Notes: generated by a model not told the origin, from the letters alone. A DNA stretch of 64,000 nucleotides from Gnetum montanum (GCA_015680685.1 MNCI01003240.1:494462-558461), one strand, 5' to 3'. Counted from the first letter of the stretch, positions 41,150 to 55,481 are shown. Translations and numbers: made by a program.

Positions 41150-44100
41150 ACATAACTTAAAAAAAATGAAAGCTAGCCCTATGCCTATGACAATAAAAGT
41201 GCAACCTAAAATCATCCTAAAATAAATAAAAATCCTAGTTGAATATTACAATGTATAATAGATAATACTTAGAAACATAATGAGAACAATTACCAAAGAT
41301 CTAAAAAGCTAAATTGAACGTAAACATCAGCTTTCTCTTTTAAATCCTCCTTAGCTAGGCTAATAGAATCATGTAGAAAGGCATCAAAACATAAAACAAC
41401 TAGTTCTAAGACTAAATAGGATAATCAAACTTAGAAAATTCTTTCCTTTAGGTTTTTCTGCGGCATCAATTAGATAGAGCGCCATATACAATCGATAGCT
41501 ATAAATAAGAAGTAAAAAAAAAATAGAGAAAATCATAAATATTAATAAACAAAAAAAATAAAAAATTTAGCTAAAAATCCACCACCACCCACTAAACCAA
41601 TGAAATGAATAAAATAAATAAATGATACTTATTAACTTATTTAAGTACATAAGTGCCTAGCTCACTACTAAGATATGCTTCTTGCATAATTATCGTAAAA
41701 TTATTTTTTTAAAGGAAAATCATCAAATGATGAATAATGAATAGAAAAATAAATAAATAAATACATCCTTGAATGGTAATGAGGTAAAACCAAACACTTA
41801 GTTAGCTAAAGGTTCAAGAAAAAAAGTTAAATTGGCAAGGTTCCAAAGTATTGAACTCAACCAAGATGGAATCAATGTTGTGTTGCATGTTTAAAAATGT
41901 AGAAATTGCCAAAATGGAATCTACGCTTCTAGAGAATGTTTTAAGTTCCTAAAATTTATAAAAAATTTTTAGTTACCATCATCAGGTTCTTAGGTTTTCT
42001 AAAAAACACTAAAATACATATGTTTGCTATTGCCCAAGTTTAAGTGAAAGTTGGGGATTGGTTTATAGTTATTACTTGATTTTTTGTGCTAGATTAGGAG
42101 ATGATGTAAACTATGCATTGTGACTTCTATTGCAACCTCACAATAGGTTCATAATGGACTAGGAAGGTTTCCTTTCTATCTATGATAGAAAGAGAGAAAC
42201 ATTACATTTTGATCTTTTAGCATTCATAGTGATTGTGGTGAGTAAATGTAAAAAATAGCTTAAAATGCTAGTTCTATAGTTGAAATTTTAGTAGAAATTG
42301 GGACAAAGTAAAAATATGATCAAAAGTGATTAGAACAGTAATAAATGTTTGATGTAAGATTACAAATCTTAGAAACTTATTTAACTATAGAAAAATATAA
42401 TAAAATATTTAGATTGAAGGGTTCACGCATTTTTACAATTGCTTCTTGAACAAACATAACTATTCACAAGATACATGTATGTAAAACAAAAACTTTTTAA
42501 AACTCATTAATAAGAGAAAAAGACCAAATTACTCTATCTAAAATGATAATGACATAGAAAGGATCCTCACATTATTTTGATCTCCTAATTAGGCTTCAAA
42601 TCCTAGAGAAAATCATAGCTCAACAATCAAATTTAAGTAATATCTAAAACAATATATGGAAATACGGCTTACCAAAGGTTATAGTTAATAGTGTAGATCT
42701 AGATCTGGCTGATAATCAAGTATATATTTTTATAAGAGTTTGGTAGTGATGAGTAAAGGGAAGTTCTCATGGGCAAAACTATAAGAAGGAAAAAAATTAA
42801 TTAAATCATTTTTATAACATGGACTAGTATATAGTCTAGGCTTAATAAAAATCTCCTATGAAAAGGTTAATAGTTGTTACTAAGGTTAATTTGCTAGCTA
42901 TAACTAACTAGATAATCATAAAAATGTTTAAGGTTAAGAGTATAACTAACAAGAAGGGATAACATGAATCCCTTGAAAACATAAGCTAAAAATAATTAGA
43001 AAATTAAAAAAAATATAACATTTACAAAAAATACAATGTATCCAAGAAAATCTTACCAAAAGAAAAGTAGTACTCTATGTGCCAATGACCCATCATGTGT
43101 CTCATACCTACTAATAAAAAACTCCCACAAATAGATTCTTGTGCATATGTTAAATGAAAATTAATGTCAAATAATGATAAAAAATAAGAAAATAAAATTA
43201 TTATAAATAAAAATAAAAATTAAAAAAATAAATGAAAAATAATACATTAAAATATATAATAAGAAAAAGACCATTAAAGAGAGGAAAACAAGAATATAAC
43301 TCTATCTAGAAATACATAGTCACTCATAAGAGAAGGGGCTAATAAGCATAGACATAGGTAGGAAAAAAGAAATTAATGATTTAATTTACAAACACATCAA
43401 GTATTAATGTTATGTAAGGTAGGGATGTTACACTATCTTCTTCTTAAGTATCTTCCTCATCCATTTCTTATGTAGGTACAGATTTTCATCCATTTCTCAT
43501 GTTACTTCTTGAACTTCATGTCATTACCCTAAAACTTTTACCATCAAAATAATCTTACTCATTAATCTTTTCTTTGTTTGGTCAACAATCTTAATTATCT
43601 TCTAAAGAAAAATGACATTACATTGAAGCTCCACTTCCTACCAATCTATCTTATGTCTAGGGTCTATAATATACTTCCTCTATATAGAAAGATAATATAC
43701 ATCATGAATTGATTGAAACTAGTATATAAGATCAAGAGAATATTAAACTTTATCAAGTTTCCTCAAAATATAAAAGAAATAAATGTATCAAGAAGCTTGC
43801 AGTCCTCTTGGTTGAAAACTTAAGAATATCTTTCAATGGTGATACCTTGAGAAAACTTAATTGCTAATGCTAAACTTCAAGAGTTACCATCTTGTTTTGG
43901 CATATTTTATATGCCTTTTTTATAGTACTTACAGTTTATCTTGAACAATCGTAATCTATTTGGTAGTTTCATCTATGATGTTTATTTCGGTCCTCTACCT
44001 TCTCTTAAAGGAATATCAAGAAAGAGATGTGCACAAAGGTTTATCATATAGCAATGTATAAGATGTTGCTTTCAAGCTAGCTTGATAACTATGGTTATAT

Positions 44101-47100
44101 GCAAATACTATCAATAAAAGAAATATATCATAAATTTCTATGCAATCCAAATCATAAGATTAAAGAATATTCTCTTAAATATGATTCATTTTCTCTATCT
44201 AATCATTTGTCTAAGGGTGATACACTAAGTTGAGATTTAGAATAGGCCCTTGATTTTTTTAACAACACCATCAAAATTTAAAAGTGAATTAAGGATCATT
44301 ATTTGAAATAATCTTTTTGGGAAATTTATGCAATCATATAATCTTTGATAGGAAAAATTGAACAACTTCTTTTGCACTAATTTTTATTTATATTATCAAA
44401 AAATATGAATATTTGGTTAAACAATCTATGATCTCAAGAGTGGAATCCTTTCCACTTATGATATGGTGTAATCATATAATGAAATCCATATCAATGGTTT
44501 TTCATTTCCATACTCAAATGGTGTATGGATGAAGACACCACTAGACCTATAATTTTCTTCTTTAATCTAAAGACATATCAAAAACATGGGCATATACACA
44601 CTAACATCTTTCTTCACACTAGATGATCAATACTATATCTTGATTTTTTATTACATTATATTACTACATGGATGCATATAATGTTTGCTCAAGTAAGCTT
44701 CATCAAGGATCTTCTATATAATTTCAATGGGTAGAGATATGTTTGTCTTATATTATTGCAAGTCAAAACTATCAATTGAAAATACTAAATCTCCTGAATA
44801 AGCATTGGTAATCTTCTCTTGACACCAAGAATTTGAAGTCTCCTAAGAGGTTCTTTCATCTTTTAGACTAGGTAAGATATTAAGACTATAAAGTATCCTA
44901 GATATGCTAGTTAGTTCATCTACAACCCTATTCACTTTTCCTAGATGATATTACACTATGAAATTAAAACCTACTAACAACTCTATCCATTTCCTCTATC
45001 TCATGTTCAAGTTTTATTAATTCATAATCAACTACAAGCTCTTATTATTTTTCCAAAAGCTAATATGTTCATGATATAAGTAATGCTTGAAAATATCATA
45101 AGCAAGAAGAATGACACTAAGCTTAATATCATGACTTGGTATCTAGTCTCATGAGGGTTTACCTATGTAGAATCATAGGTCATCATTTTATCATCTTCAA
45201 TGAAAACACCACCTAAGAACTCTCATGAGTCATCTATGTATACATCATGGGGCTTAGCAAGAACTAGTAAGATCAAGATGGATACTAAGATGAATCTATG
45301 TTTTAGTTTCTCAAACAAATTATAATAAGAATTTGATCAAAAGAAAACATAGTCCTTCTTAAGAAAATTATCTAGAGATATTATAATCTTAAAGAAACCA
45401 TCCTCAAATATCTTATATTATCCTACTAGATCTAAGAAACTTTTAAATTATTTTACCATTGTCAAAAACCCGCTACATTAGAAGGATATACTATTATACT
45501 AGCTTATTAATTCATATGGATGAAAATATAAGAATATAATTTATAATCTCTCAAATTCTATAATAATTCATGATATTATTCTTATTATTTTCTAAATCAT
45601 TAGAATGCATTAATATTTTATCAATAAAAGTAATGATAAATTTATCTAGATAAAAATGTAGCACACTAGATAAAAAAGTGTATGGAAATTGTAGTTGCAT
45701 TAATGAGTCAAAAGGAAAAAAATAAGAATATATAATGTAAATATTTTTTATATAATTATATTTTATACATATCTTCTTCTTGAACTCTAACCTAATTATA
45801 TACAGACTTCAAATTGATCTTGAGGAACACCTTATCTTTTGATCAAACATGTAATGTTCCCCTTCCAAAATGAAAATAGTCTATAAATAAGATTGTTTGT
45901 TATTGTTACAAATAATCTAATTATTATAATAATACTTGAAAGAGAAAGTTACAACAAAACTCAAAAGGACAAGTTATAATAGCAAGCATGTCTCTTGAGA
46001 AAATATTTAGGAGTTAGACCTTGGGTATATATCTCTCAAAATTAGAGGATGTACTAGCATGATGTGTTGAGTTGGTAAAGATAAGTAATAATTGGTGAGA
46101 AAAATGAGATAGGAAGGTGACTAACCATGCCTTTTAACTAATTTGAGGCCTAATCATAGTGGTGGTGCTAGATTTCCTCTAAGGGATAGGTGTTAAAAGA
46201 AGATAATTCAAAGAAACAATCAAAGCATGACACAAATATACTATTTTCACATTAAAAAAGCATTATTTTTCATTTTCTTCTAAAAGTTTCCTTTCCTATT
46301 TCATATGCATAATGTCAAATGTTATGTATATTTGATGTTTTTCATGACATTTAGGGATTTGATGTCATAACATAGGTGATTGATCATAGGTAGAGGATAT
46401 TGATTCTAAGTTATCACCTCGTTCAACTACCTATAATGAACACACAACCTTACACTATTGTCCTTCCTTTTCACAAAGAGCACTAGTGCATTTCAAGCTG
46501 ATCCACTTGGTGGAGTCATACCTTTTTCTAATAACTTATGAATCTATATACTTTAAGCTCTACCAACCCCATTAAGAAAATCTTGTGAGTTGGCTTGAAA
46601 ATTGGTTGATTTTCAAGCTTATGTGTAATCTCAAAGTTAATCTATTTATTAGGAGGCACTCAAAGAGGTTATTTCTTAAATACATTTAAGAGCTATTAAA
46701 TAACCAAAATCTAAACTATCTTTTACCTAGGCTCATTATGCACTAAGATAATGTAACAAGTGTGACATTGCATAAGAAACTGTTGAAGCTTCTTGGTTTC
46801 CATCAAGTCTAGCCTAATCTATATCTTAATTTTTCATATTATAACCTATTTTTCACTTGTGAAAATAGCTATAAGAGTGGTTCACTTACAATGCAAACAT
46901 CCACCATACTTAGCCAACTAGTTAGTTCCAGGAACCACATCATGGTCTTCAAGTTTCATCATTATTATATTACTATACCATATGTTACCTTGCATTACCA
47001 CTTTGGTTAATAGTAACATATAAGAAACTATAACCATTGAAGACAATACATTAATTAATCATGAGCTATCATGTCCTATCACTACATTCAACATCCATGT

Positions 47101-47975
47101 TTTATCCAAGACTCTATTAAGATTTTTTTTATTGTACTTGACTAATTACTTAGGAGCAAGTGGTACAACTAATAAACTTAGTTTCCTTCTTTTTTACACT
47201 ACTACAAAATGCTCCTGATTCTAAACTTCTATAAAGGTCACTATATAACTCACAATAGGAAAATTTAACATTGAAATAGTTATGGATAATTCCCATTGTA
47301 ATGTCCTCCAACCAAATCATAGATACGCTAATTAGCTATCAAATCTTCTAACCTCAAATTTTGTATAGTTACAAATAACTCTCCAATGTAAAATAAACTA
47401 TAAAATACTTAGATGAAACATTTCAAAACATTGGCCTTGATCAACATCCAAAGGATTAATAGGTTGTCAAAAATATTTCTTGTTAGGTGGCACATACCTA
47501 ATTCTTCAAAAAAATTCTAACTTCATTAGTCATACAAACATTGTGAAAAATTTAATACCATCCTAAGAATATAAATAAAATACTAAAAACTAGAAAGTAG
47601 ATATTTTATTAGATTAAGAAATCATAAAGGAATTCTTGAATAGTTACAAAACCTCAACATAATTTTAAAGAAAGTTAAAAACATCATTGATATAATGCAC
47701 CAAGAAGATAGGATTAATTCAAAAGAAAATAATCATAATATTATAATTCACTCTAATGTAAGACAAAGAAAGGTGAATCAAGTTCACTCCAATAGTTAAT
47801 CATCTTTATATATTAATTTCATATATTATGTAATAATAACTTTTTTTATATAAAATAAGAAAACTAGCTATATTAATTAATTGATTAGAAGATTATAATA
47901 GGGTTCTCAAAACCCAAAAATGTTCAAAATATTTCATACTCAAAATATATTGCAAAGCATGAAGCTCTATAACCA
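41150..47975 (-). mobile_element. Element G: extremely decayed chromovirus (Tekay/Del-like)
   Basis: Eroded motifs LNMR.RKWIE (~45000), WKW..I.MDF (~44490), VD.LTK.SHF (~44420) and YHP.T (~44220). 3' LTR start TGTAACATCCC at 43432 beside a PPT. Possible tRNA-Met PBS relic gctctataacca at 47964-47975. Boundaries approximate. Confidence 0.7.
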
Positions 47976-50900
47976 TATCATGGATATTCTCAATGCAAGA
48001 CACAATTGAGAGAAAATCTCTCACATAACTTGAGATTAAGATATTAATTAATAAGACATAAGAGAATAGATCACATAAGACAACATGTTATATAATTGAT
48101 CTTGGAGTTGCAGTTATCAATTTTACTCACTCAATATACTCTCACATACTTTCTTGCTAAGCTCTACATACATAGAGCACTCTCTCTCACTCCTAGTACC
48201 AACAATTTTGGATTACATTAATATTTATAAGTAACAAGGAGACAAGAAATATAGAAACCTTTTTTCAACTCAACATAAGATTATTTAGATTTTTCCATGA
48301 TCTTCTTACCTTCTCCTTGATTTTTTTGCAAATTGGGATGAGAAATTTTGGAAATTTCCCTAGACGTACAAGTCATCTCTAGCCTTTGTTGGGTCATCTT
48401 CCACAAAAGCATAATATTTTACAAAGACATATACTGTGTCAAGAAGACATCTTTTCCCTAGCCAAGATGTCTCCTTTATGACAAGATGTCTTGATCAAGA
48501 AGTCTTTAGTTTAGGGAAACATCTTTCCTAAGAAGTCTCCTCTCAAGGCAAGACATCTTCCCTAAGATATTTGTGAAATCAACAAGACATCTCCTTTGTC
48601 TTCAAGATGTCTTCTTTCAATCCCAAGTATTAGCCAAGATATTTTTTTTCTTATAAGACATCTTTTATGAAGACTCCACTCCCAATCATGACTTCTTAAT
48701 CTTTAAGATATCTTCATAGAGTTCAAAACTTGAAAAGCACACATGTAGGAAAGAATGAAGGAAATAAGAATGGGTGTCTCTACACTAGCTCTCACACCCT
48801 TAAATAAATAAACTCATGTGAACAAAGGATTATAGGTTAAAATAATCCCCCACTCATGAAGTTTGGTCTCATGAATTTATATAGCATCATCCATGGACTA
48901 GTCCTTCCAATGGATCAAATACTCATGCCTCTTAAATATTACAATGCTAGAAGCTTCTTTTCACTTGAGTATGTTTACCTTTCTCTCCATTAAAGGCTCA
49001 GTATGATCAATAATCCCTTTTAACTTATCATTAGTTGATCCATGATAATATATAAGATCTAAAACATTAAACACAAAATACATACCAATACCATTTCATA
49101 AATCAATCTCAAAAGAATTATCATTAATCCTAGCCTTGATTTTAAAAGGCCTCATCTTCTTGACTTTCAACTTAGAGAAGTTAACATCTCTTAATCACTT
49201 CTTCTTCAAGTGCATGTAAATTAGTTACCAATAGAAAACTTAGTCTTCAATTTTCCCTCATGCCTCTTATGGACTTTCTCTTTAGCCTTTTTCTCCAAAT
49301 TTTATTTTACTTATGCATGGAGATCTCTCATCTCTTGAACAAATTCAAGAGTAATTTGAGCTTCACCATCAAATCTCTTTAAAGTATCCACCATATTTGG
49401 ATAAAACCCATAGTTTACCTCAAATAGGCTTTTGTCAATAACAACATGAAAAACATTATTCTACAAGATCTCAATGTGGCACAACAAGTTTTTCTACTCA
49501 TATGACTATCCATGACACCAACATCTCAATATGTTTATCAAATATTTATTGATCACATCCATTTAACCATCAAATTATGGATGATATGCATTAGAAAAAT
49601 TCAACTTTCTTCATAAAATTTTCCAAAGGGACCTTCAAAAGTGACTTGTAAATTTTTTGTCTATGTCACTAATATATTCAAATGAATTTCATGCAACTTC
49701 ACAACATGATAGAAAAATAAATTTACAACATGATAGTCATCACTCATCTTCTTGTATGGAATGAAATGTTCCATCTTAAAGAACCTATCAACCAAAAAAT
49801 AATTTCTTGATTCACACTTTTGATTTTTTGAAATAACACTCACAAAATCCATAGACACACTTTCCCAAGGATCCTTGGAAGTTGGTAAAGAGATATAATG
49901 TTCATCCACTCCTTTACATCTTTTTAAATTTTGAAAAGTTAAGAACTCCTTCATAAATTAGGAAACCTCAGTTGCCATACGAAGCCAAAAATAGTGGATA
50001 CTCATAAGTTTTAATGTTATACCCTTGCCCATCTGACTTTCCATGCCACTACAATGCTTTTCAAAAAAAATTGTTTTTTCTAAAATCATAATTTGGAATG
50101 CATACCTTTTCATTTTTAAATAACAACTCAACTTGAGTATGATAGTCCCTCCAATAGTCTATCCTAATCATCAATGGCTCTTTGAAGCTTCTTCAAACCT
50201 ATCCAAAATCAAAATCATGCTCATGCAAAGAAGAAAAATCATCCATAGCTTCCACATGGGATATGCTAAAATTAACTACATGCATATTGGAAATTACATC
50301 ATCCACCACATTGGCTTTTCCACTTTTGTGCTTCAGCACAAAATTAGACTCTTGTAACTATGCAACCCATTTCATGTGCTTTGTACTCAACTTCTTTTAC
50401 AAGTTTAGAAATTAAAGTGATTTATGGTTTTGCATCAAAGTAAACTCCTTGGGTAATGTCTCTAAAGCTCAATTTCTTGAAGAATAGCATAAAACTACAT
50501 TTCATATACACTATATTTTTTACTTAACCCATTCAGCCTTTTTTAAAAAAGAAAGCAATTGGACTACCTTATTATGAAAGTATGCCATCAATTGCAAGTC
50601 CACTTTCATTCACCTCCACTTGAAAAAACGTCTAAAAATCTTGAATTATAAGCACTGGTTTACTTGAAATTTTTTCTTTCAACAAGTCAAAGCTTCCTTG
50701 TGTTTTATTATTCCACCTAAAATATTTATTTTTCTTCAATAAAGTAAACATATGCTACAAAATACCACTAAAATGTTTTATAAACCTCTTATAAAAACCT
50801 ACTAAACCAAGGAATGATCTTACTTCTCCAATATTCTTAGAAGTTGGCCAATCTTTAATAGGCTAGACCTTGGTAGCTTTCATATGAGTATGATTTTTAG

Positions 50901-52420
50901 AAATCAGATACTCTAGATATGTTATTTCTCTCTTGAAGAAATGACTTTTCTTTACATTGATCACTAGCTATGTCTCTTCCAACTTTGGACACATCATCCT
51001 TAAGTGATCCAAATGCTCTTCCTAATTAAAGCTATATACTAAAATATTATGAAAAAAGATAATACAATACTTACTAATCAAGTCATTTAATACATCATGC
51101 ATCAACCTCATGAAGGTAGTAGGTGCATTCGTGAGCCCATATGGTGTCACCAAGCACTCAAACAATCCTTCCAGTATCTTGAAAGCTATCTTCTAGTCAT
51201 CACTAGGTATGATTCTAATTTTATGATAACCATTATTTAAATAAAATTTGCTAAAAATTTTAGCATTGATAAGGACATCAAGGATATCATCCATTCTTGG
51301 AATAGAAAACATGTATCTTAGTGTTATCTTATTTAATGCCTTTAAATCAATGTACTTCCTCCATTCATCATTATCCTTCTTTGGCACTAGCACCACTAGA
51401 ACTACATAAGGTGAAATGAATTCCCTCATGAATCCATCTACAAGTAATTCCTCTACTTGCCTTTGTAACTCAGCCAATTGATCTGATGCCATCAAGTATG
51501 CTCTCTCATTTGGAATGGTAGAACTAGGAATGAAATCAATATGATGTTGTACATTCCTCATTAGTGGGAATCCATCCAATTTCCCCTTAAACACCTTGGA
51601 AATTTTCTCCCTCAAGCCTAGTACACCTATAGGAACTTCAACCTACACATCATAATGATTAGTTGCCATTGTTATTGTGACATCCTATTCCCAAATGTAA
51701 TGGAAAACACCAAATATATGTTATATTAGACATTAGACATAACATGATAAAGCACATCAAGTATATGTAACATTCAACATTAAGTGTAAAGAAAATAATA
51801 GGGAAAATGCAAAAGGAAATAGAGAAGAATTCTTTATTAACACAGAATAGTGTATTTGGATCATGCTTTGAGAGTTTTCCTTGGGGTTTTCATCTATTCC
51901 TTAGAGGAAATCTAGCATTACCACCACAGTTAGGATTACAATTGGCTATAAGGAATGGTCAATCCTCTTCCTATCCTATTTTACTTGACACCCATTACTC
52001 ATCTTTACCAACTCCACAAGTTCATGTTGATACAACCTCTATCCCTAGGTATAAATGGCTTAGGTCAAACATTCAAAGGTCACCTCAAAAGACATTTTTG
52101 TTATTACAACATGTCCTTTTGGGTCTTAATTACAACACATCCTTTCAAGTCTTGTTATAATAATCTCAAGATTAATTATGAAGGGAAAAATCTTCATTAT
52201 GCAACAACACCATTTGGGAACTAGAACATTACAATATACTCCCTTGGGTTTCGTTCATCCTTAAATCAGTCCATGTTCACTATATTTTTCTAACTCTAAT
52301 GATCATTTTATGCTCCTATTCTTCAAATTCTTTGATTTCTTCTTTGGATTTGAAGTTTTATATTTTACTATTCTCTTGCTTATTTTGCAAAAAAGACATA
52401 TGTGAGAACAATATATGGGA
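47976..52420 (-). mobile_element. Element H: decayed chromovirus (CRM-like RT), 5'-truncated
   Basis: RT QHHIDFIP...ELQRQVEELL...LVPKKD; integrase PWESVSMDFV; chromodomain HEYLIHWKD*SMDDA near 48880-48930; LTR start TGTAGAGACACCC at 48784 beside a PPT. Confidence 0.82.
51676..52233. mobile_element. Solo-LTR-like insert (558 bp) within H
   Basis: TGTGACATCCTATTCCCAAATG...CATTTGGGAACTAGAACATTACA, an imperfect ~22-bp terminal inverted repeat. No matching TSD. Confidence 0.7.
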
Positions 52421-52685
52421 ATTTAGATATTACTTTATTAAAACTTACCTCATTTTCTAAGATAACAACAAAAGGTGAATTAAAGGTGTACTAACCACCA
52501 ATCACAAATCTTAACTAGGGCCACACAAAGTGCAACTCGTATCTAGTTATCCAAGTAAAGGTAGGAAAAATCCGTATTCTTAACTTGCATTGCCTTCAAT
52601 ATTCTACTTATCTAATTAAAATATACATTAAACCAATGAAGAAAATTATGAAAATCATAATTTAAAAGTAAAGTTAAGATACTTC

Positions 52686-53990
52686 CTAATCTTGATCAAC
52701 CTTGAAAATCAATGGAAGTAATTGTAGTTCTACCACAAGTGATATGTAATTAGATGGTCTTGTTCAGGATGGAAGGGCTTGATCTTGCTTTTTCTCAACT
52801 TTTTCTTTAGAAATTAACTATAGTAACTTAGTAACTTGGAATAATCAAACATCATACCTTATATAATCTAAGGTCTCAATGAAGAATGTTGTTAATTCAT
52901 CCTCATTAATCATGAAAAGTTAATTATTGAACTATGGTTCTTACTGAGTATTATCCATTAACATCATCTGTTCCTAAATTCTAGGATTTGATTTATCTAT
53001 TAAAGATTCAAAGTAAGTAGAATATGCATTCACCAATGGAATTGTATGTTGAACTGATGGAAATATCTTCTTTAAATTAGGTTCATCTTTCAAGCATTCC
53101 TTTACACATACTTATATACCAATTCCCACTTTCACATGAAAGTCTTAAAAAAGAACAATTGACAATGAATTGGTATGAATTATGAATAACCTATGTCTTA
53201 AAATTTTCTCTATTTTCTTAATCAAGTATGCCCTTTGGCATAGTCTAACATCTAGACATGTAAATTTGGCAATTAAATGTATGTTAATCATACACATATC
53301 TTTCTAATAACTCCATTTTTAATATTTTCAAAGCTATATGACTTCTTTGGAATCTTGATTGCTCATTATTTTCCATGATTTGAAATCATGGGATTTCAAA
53401 AATCATATCTTCAAAACTCCATTCAAATCTTTGTACTAGTTTAAACTTGGCTTCTTTATAAAATCTCATGCAATCATTCATGTTGTGATTCCTACAATAG
53501 GTTAATCTATATGGCTCAAAAGAAGAACTTCCACAAGAATCTTTTTGCTTATAAATAACTTTCTATCCCAATGTTTCCAAGTTTGGTTGGAACTGGTATA
53601 CGAATTCCTATGGCAAGACTTGTTATAGGCACAAGACATTAGCATCCAGATTTTGTAACTCTACTAAGATGTGTGAATATTGATCATTCCAATGTCCATG
53701 GTGAACATACAAGATATTATCTCTCACTAATTAGGGATCTTGCAAGCACATTGTATGTTGCAACTTTCATTCTCATTCTCAAATTCTCTTTTGGATCATT
53801 ACTCTTTATGGCTATCATACACCTTGTTGGAACAAGATTATGACTTTTCCTTTTTTAAAAGTATGATTTTGGTTGTAGGATGAATTGATATACAGATTTT
53901 TAACTATTTTGGTTCACCAACTAATTCATCAACTATTTCTTTAACTAATGTTATTGATAACAATTAGCTGCATTACCTATACTATTTAGT
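52686..53990 (-). pseudogene. CCR4: Intronless CCR4-family (EEP) deadenylase pseudogene
   Basis: Manual translation across frameshifts gives the CCR4/CNOT6 motifs in order: KVATYNVLA, CSPWTLE*, LDANVLCL*QV, IYKQK, NDCMRFYK, INIHL..DVRLCQ..KIEKI, *DFH, HTIPLVNAYS, EP*FNN, FIETLDYI, ALPS..PSNYISLVVEL. Similarity upstream of 53776 is weaker. Confidence 0.9.
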
Positions 53991-54832
53991 AATCTTTCTT
54001 TCTATCACCTTTAGAATATTGACTTTGGTAGTGTAATTAATAAAACACTAAGGGTTAGTGACCTTAAGAATATATGCAAAGGTTAAGTACTTAATCTTAA
54101 GACCCAAAATGTTAAATTTGTTACTCCAACAATTAAATTCTTTAGCATGATTAGCTAGCCTAAGCTATGTCCATTTAAGGCATATTCTATGATATTATCA
54201 AATTATTAGGTTCCTAGATAATAAATTTGACCTCACCATTGAGTTTAGAGAGTTTAAAAATGTTAGAAGTGCCTATTCATATGTTAGAAATGGACATCAT
54301 ATGCCCATGTTATGCTAAATTTGAGTCTTCAAGGGTTTGGAGACATCCTATTGGGTAAGGAGACAAAAATAATATTTTGAAGCTTCATGGGATAAATATG
54401 ACTTTACCATTATGTTCAACATGTTGAAATCTATAGGAAACAACTCTTCTCTTGTTGAAAAGGACTTTCAAAGTTAAAAGTTATGGCATCTAAGGTCTAG
54501 AACCTTTGGCACAAAAGACAAGACTTCCTAAGAGGTCATGCTTAATTACATCCAATACTACTTTAGAACAAGCATGCTTAACTATGTAGTTCTTAACTCA
54601 TCTACTATCAAAAAGTTAATTTGAATTTCTTCTAAATTTTTTTTATCTTTGAATATTTAACTTTTCCTACCTAAATGTCAATTTAAAATTTCCCATTTTT
54701 TGATGGTTTTGAAATTTTTTATCAACTGTAGGAAACATTTCCATTAGCTAACAAAAAATTTCTAGTGGTTGAAATAGTCAAACAAGGTAGCTTTTTTAGT
54801 GTGTGTAGGTGTCATGGAAGGCATTTATTTGA

Positions 54833-55135
54833 ATGATTTTTGGCACTAGTGGTGTCCACAGGCACTAGAGGAGGTGACTATTTTTGGAACTAATGGTGTT
54901 TGATGCTAGCAGAGGCAATGATTTTAGTGCTGGTAAGGTCCATAGGTGCCAAATAAGGTAATGAGTTTTGACACTAGTAGTGTCCACTAACATTAGAGGA
55001 ATGATTTTTGGGGTTCTTTATGTCTGTAGGCTTTGGAGAAGGTGACTATTTCTAATGCCAACAATGTTCATAGGCATTGGAGGAGGTGATGATTTTTGAT
55101 GTTGATGATATCTATGGTGTCAAAGCAAGCAATGT
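54833..55135. repeat. Degenerate ~43-bp tandem array (~7 copies)
   Basis: Recurrent atgatttttggcactagtggtgtccacaggcactagaggaggtg-like units. Confidence 0.65.
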
Positions 55136-55481
55136 TTCCCAGTGTTGGCCAACAATGGCACAAGGACCAATGGTGATGCAATAGATCTAGAAGTAGCAAT
55201 GGCAATGTGTGTGGTGGAAATAGGCAAGGATTTTAGTAGTAGTGCATGTTAGCGGTGACAATGGTAGTGGTACAGCTAGGCACAGTGCATATATGGGTAT
55301 CTGCAACAAAGGATAGAGGTAGGTAGGGAATTGATAATGGTGGTAGGAGAATGGCGACAACATGCAAGGATGGTGATGGCATGCAAGGGAAAAATGATGG
55401 TAGTGCTACCCATCACTGCAACCATTATCATGGATAGGTCGACCACAATGTTACACAGTTGGGTCTTGTAGACCTACCATG

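Noticed and set aside
52686-53776. LINE APE endonuclease
   Set aside because: Motifs fit CCR4 (YNVLA, IYKQK, LVNAYS, EP.F.N, TLDYI) and no LINE RT follows.
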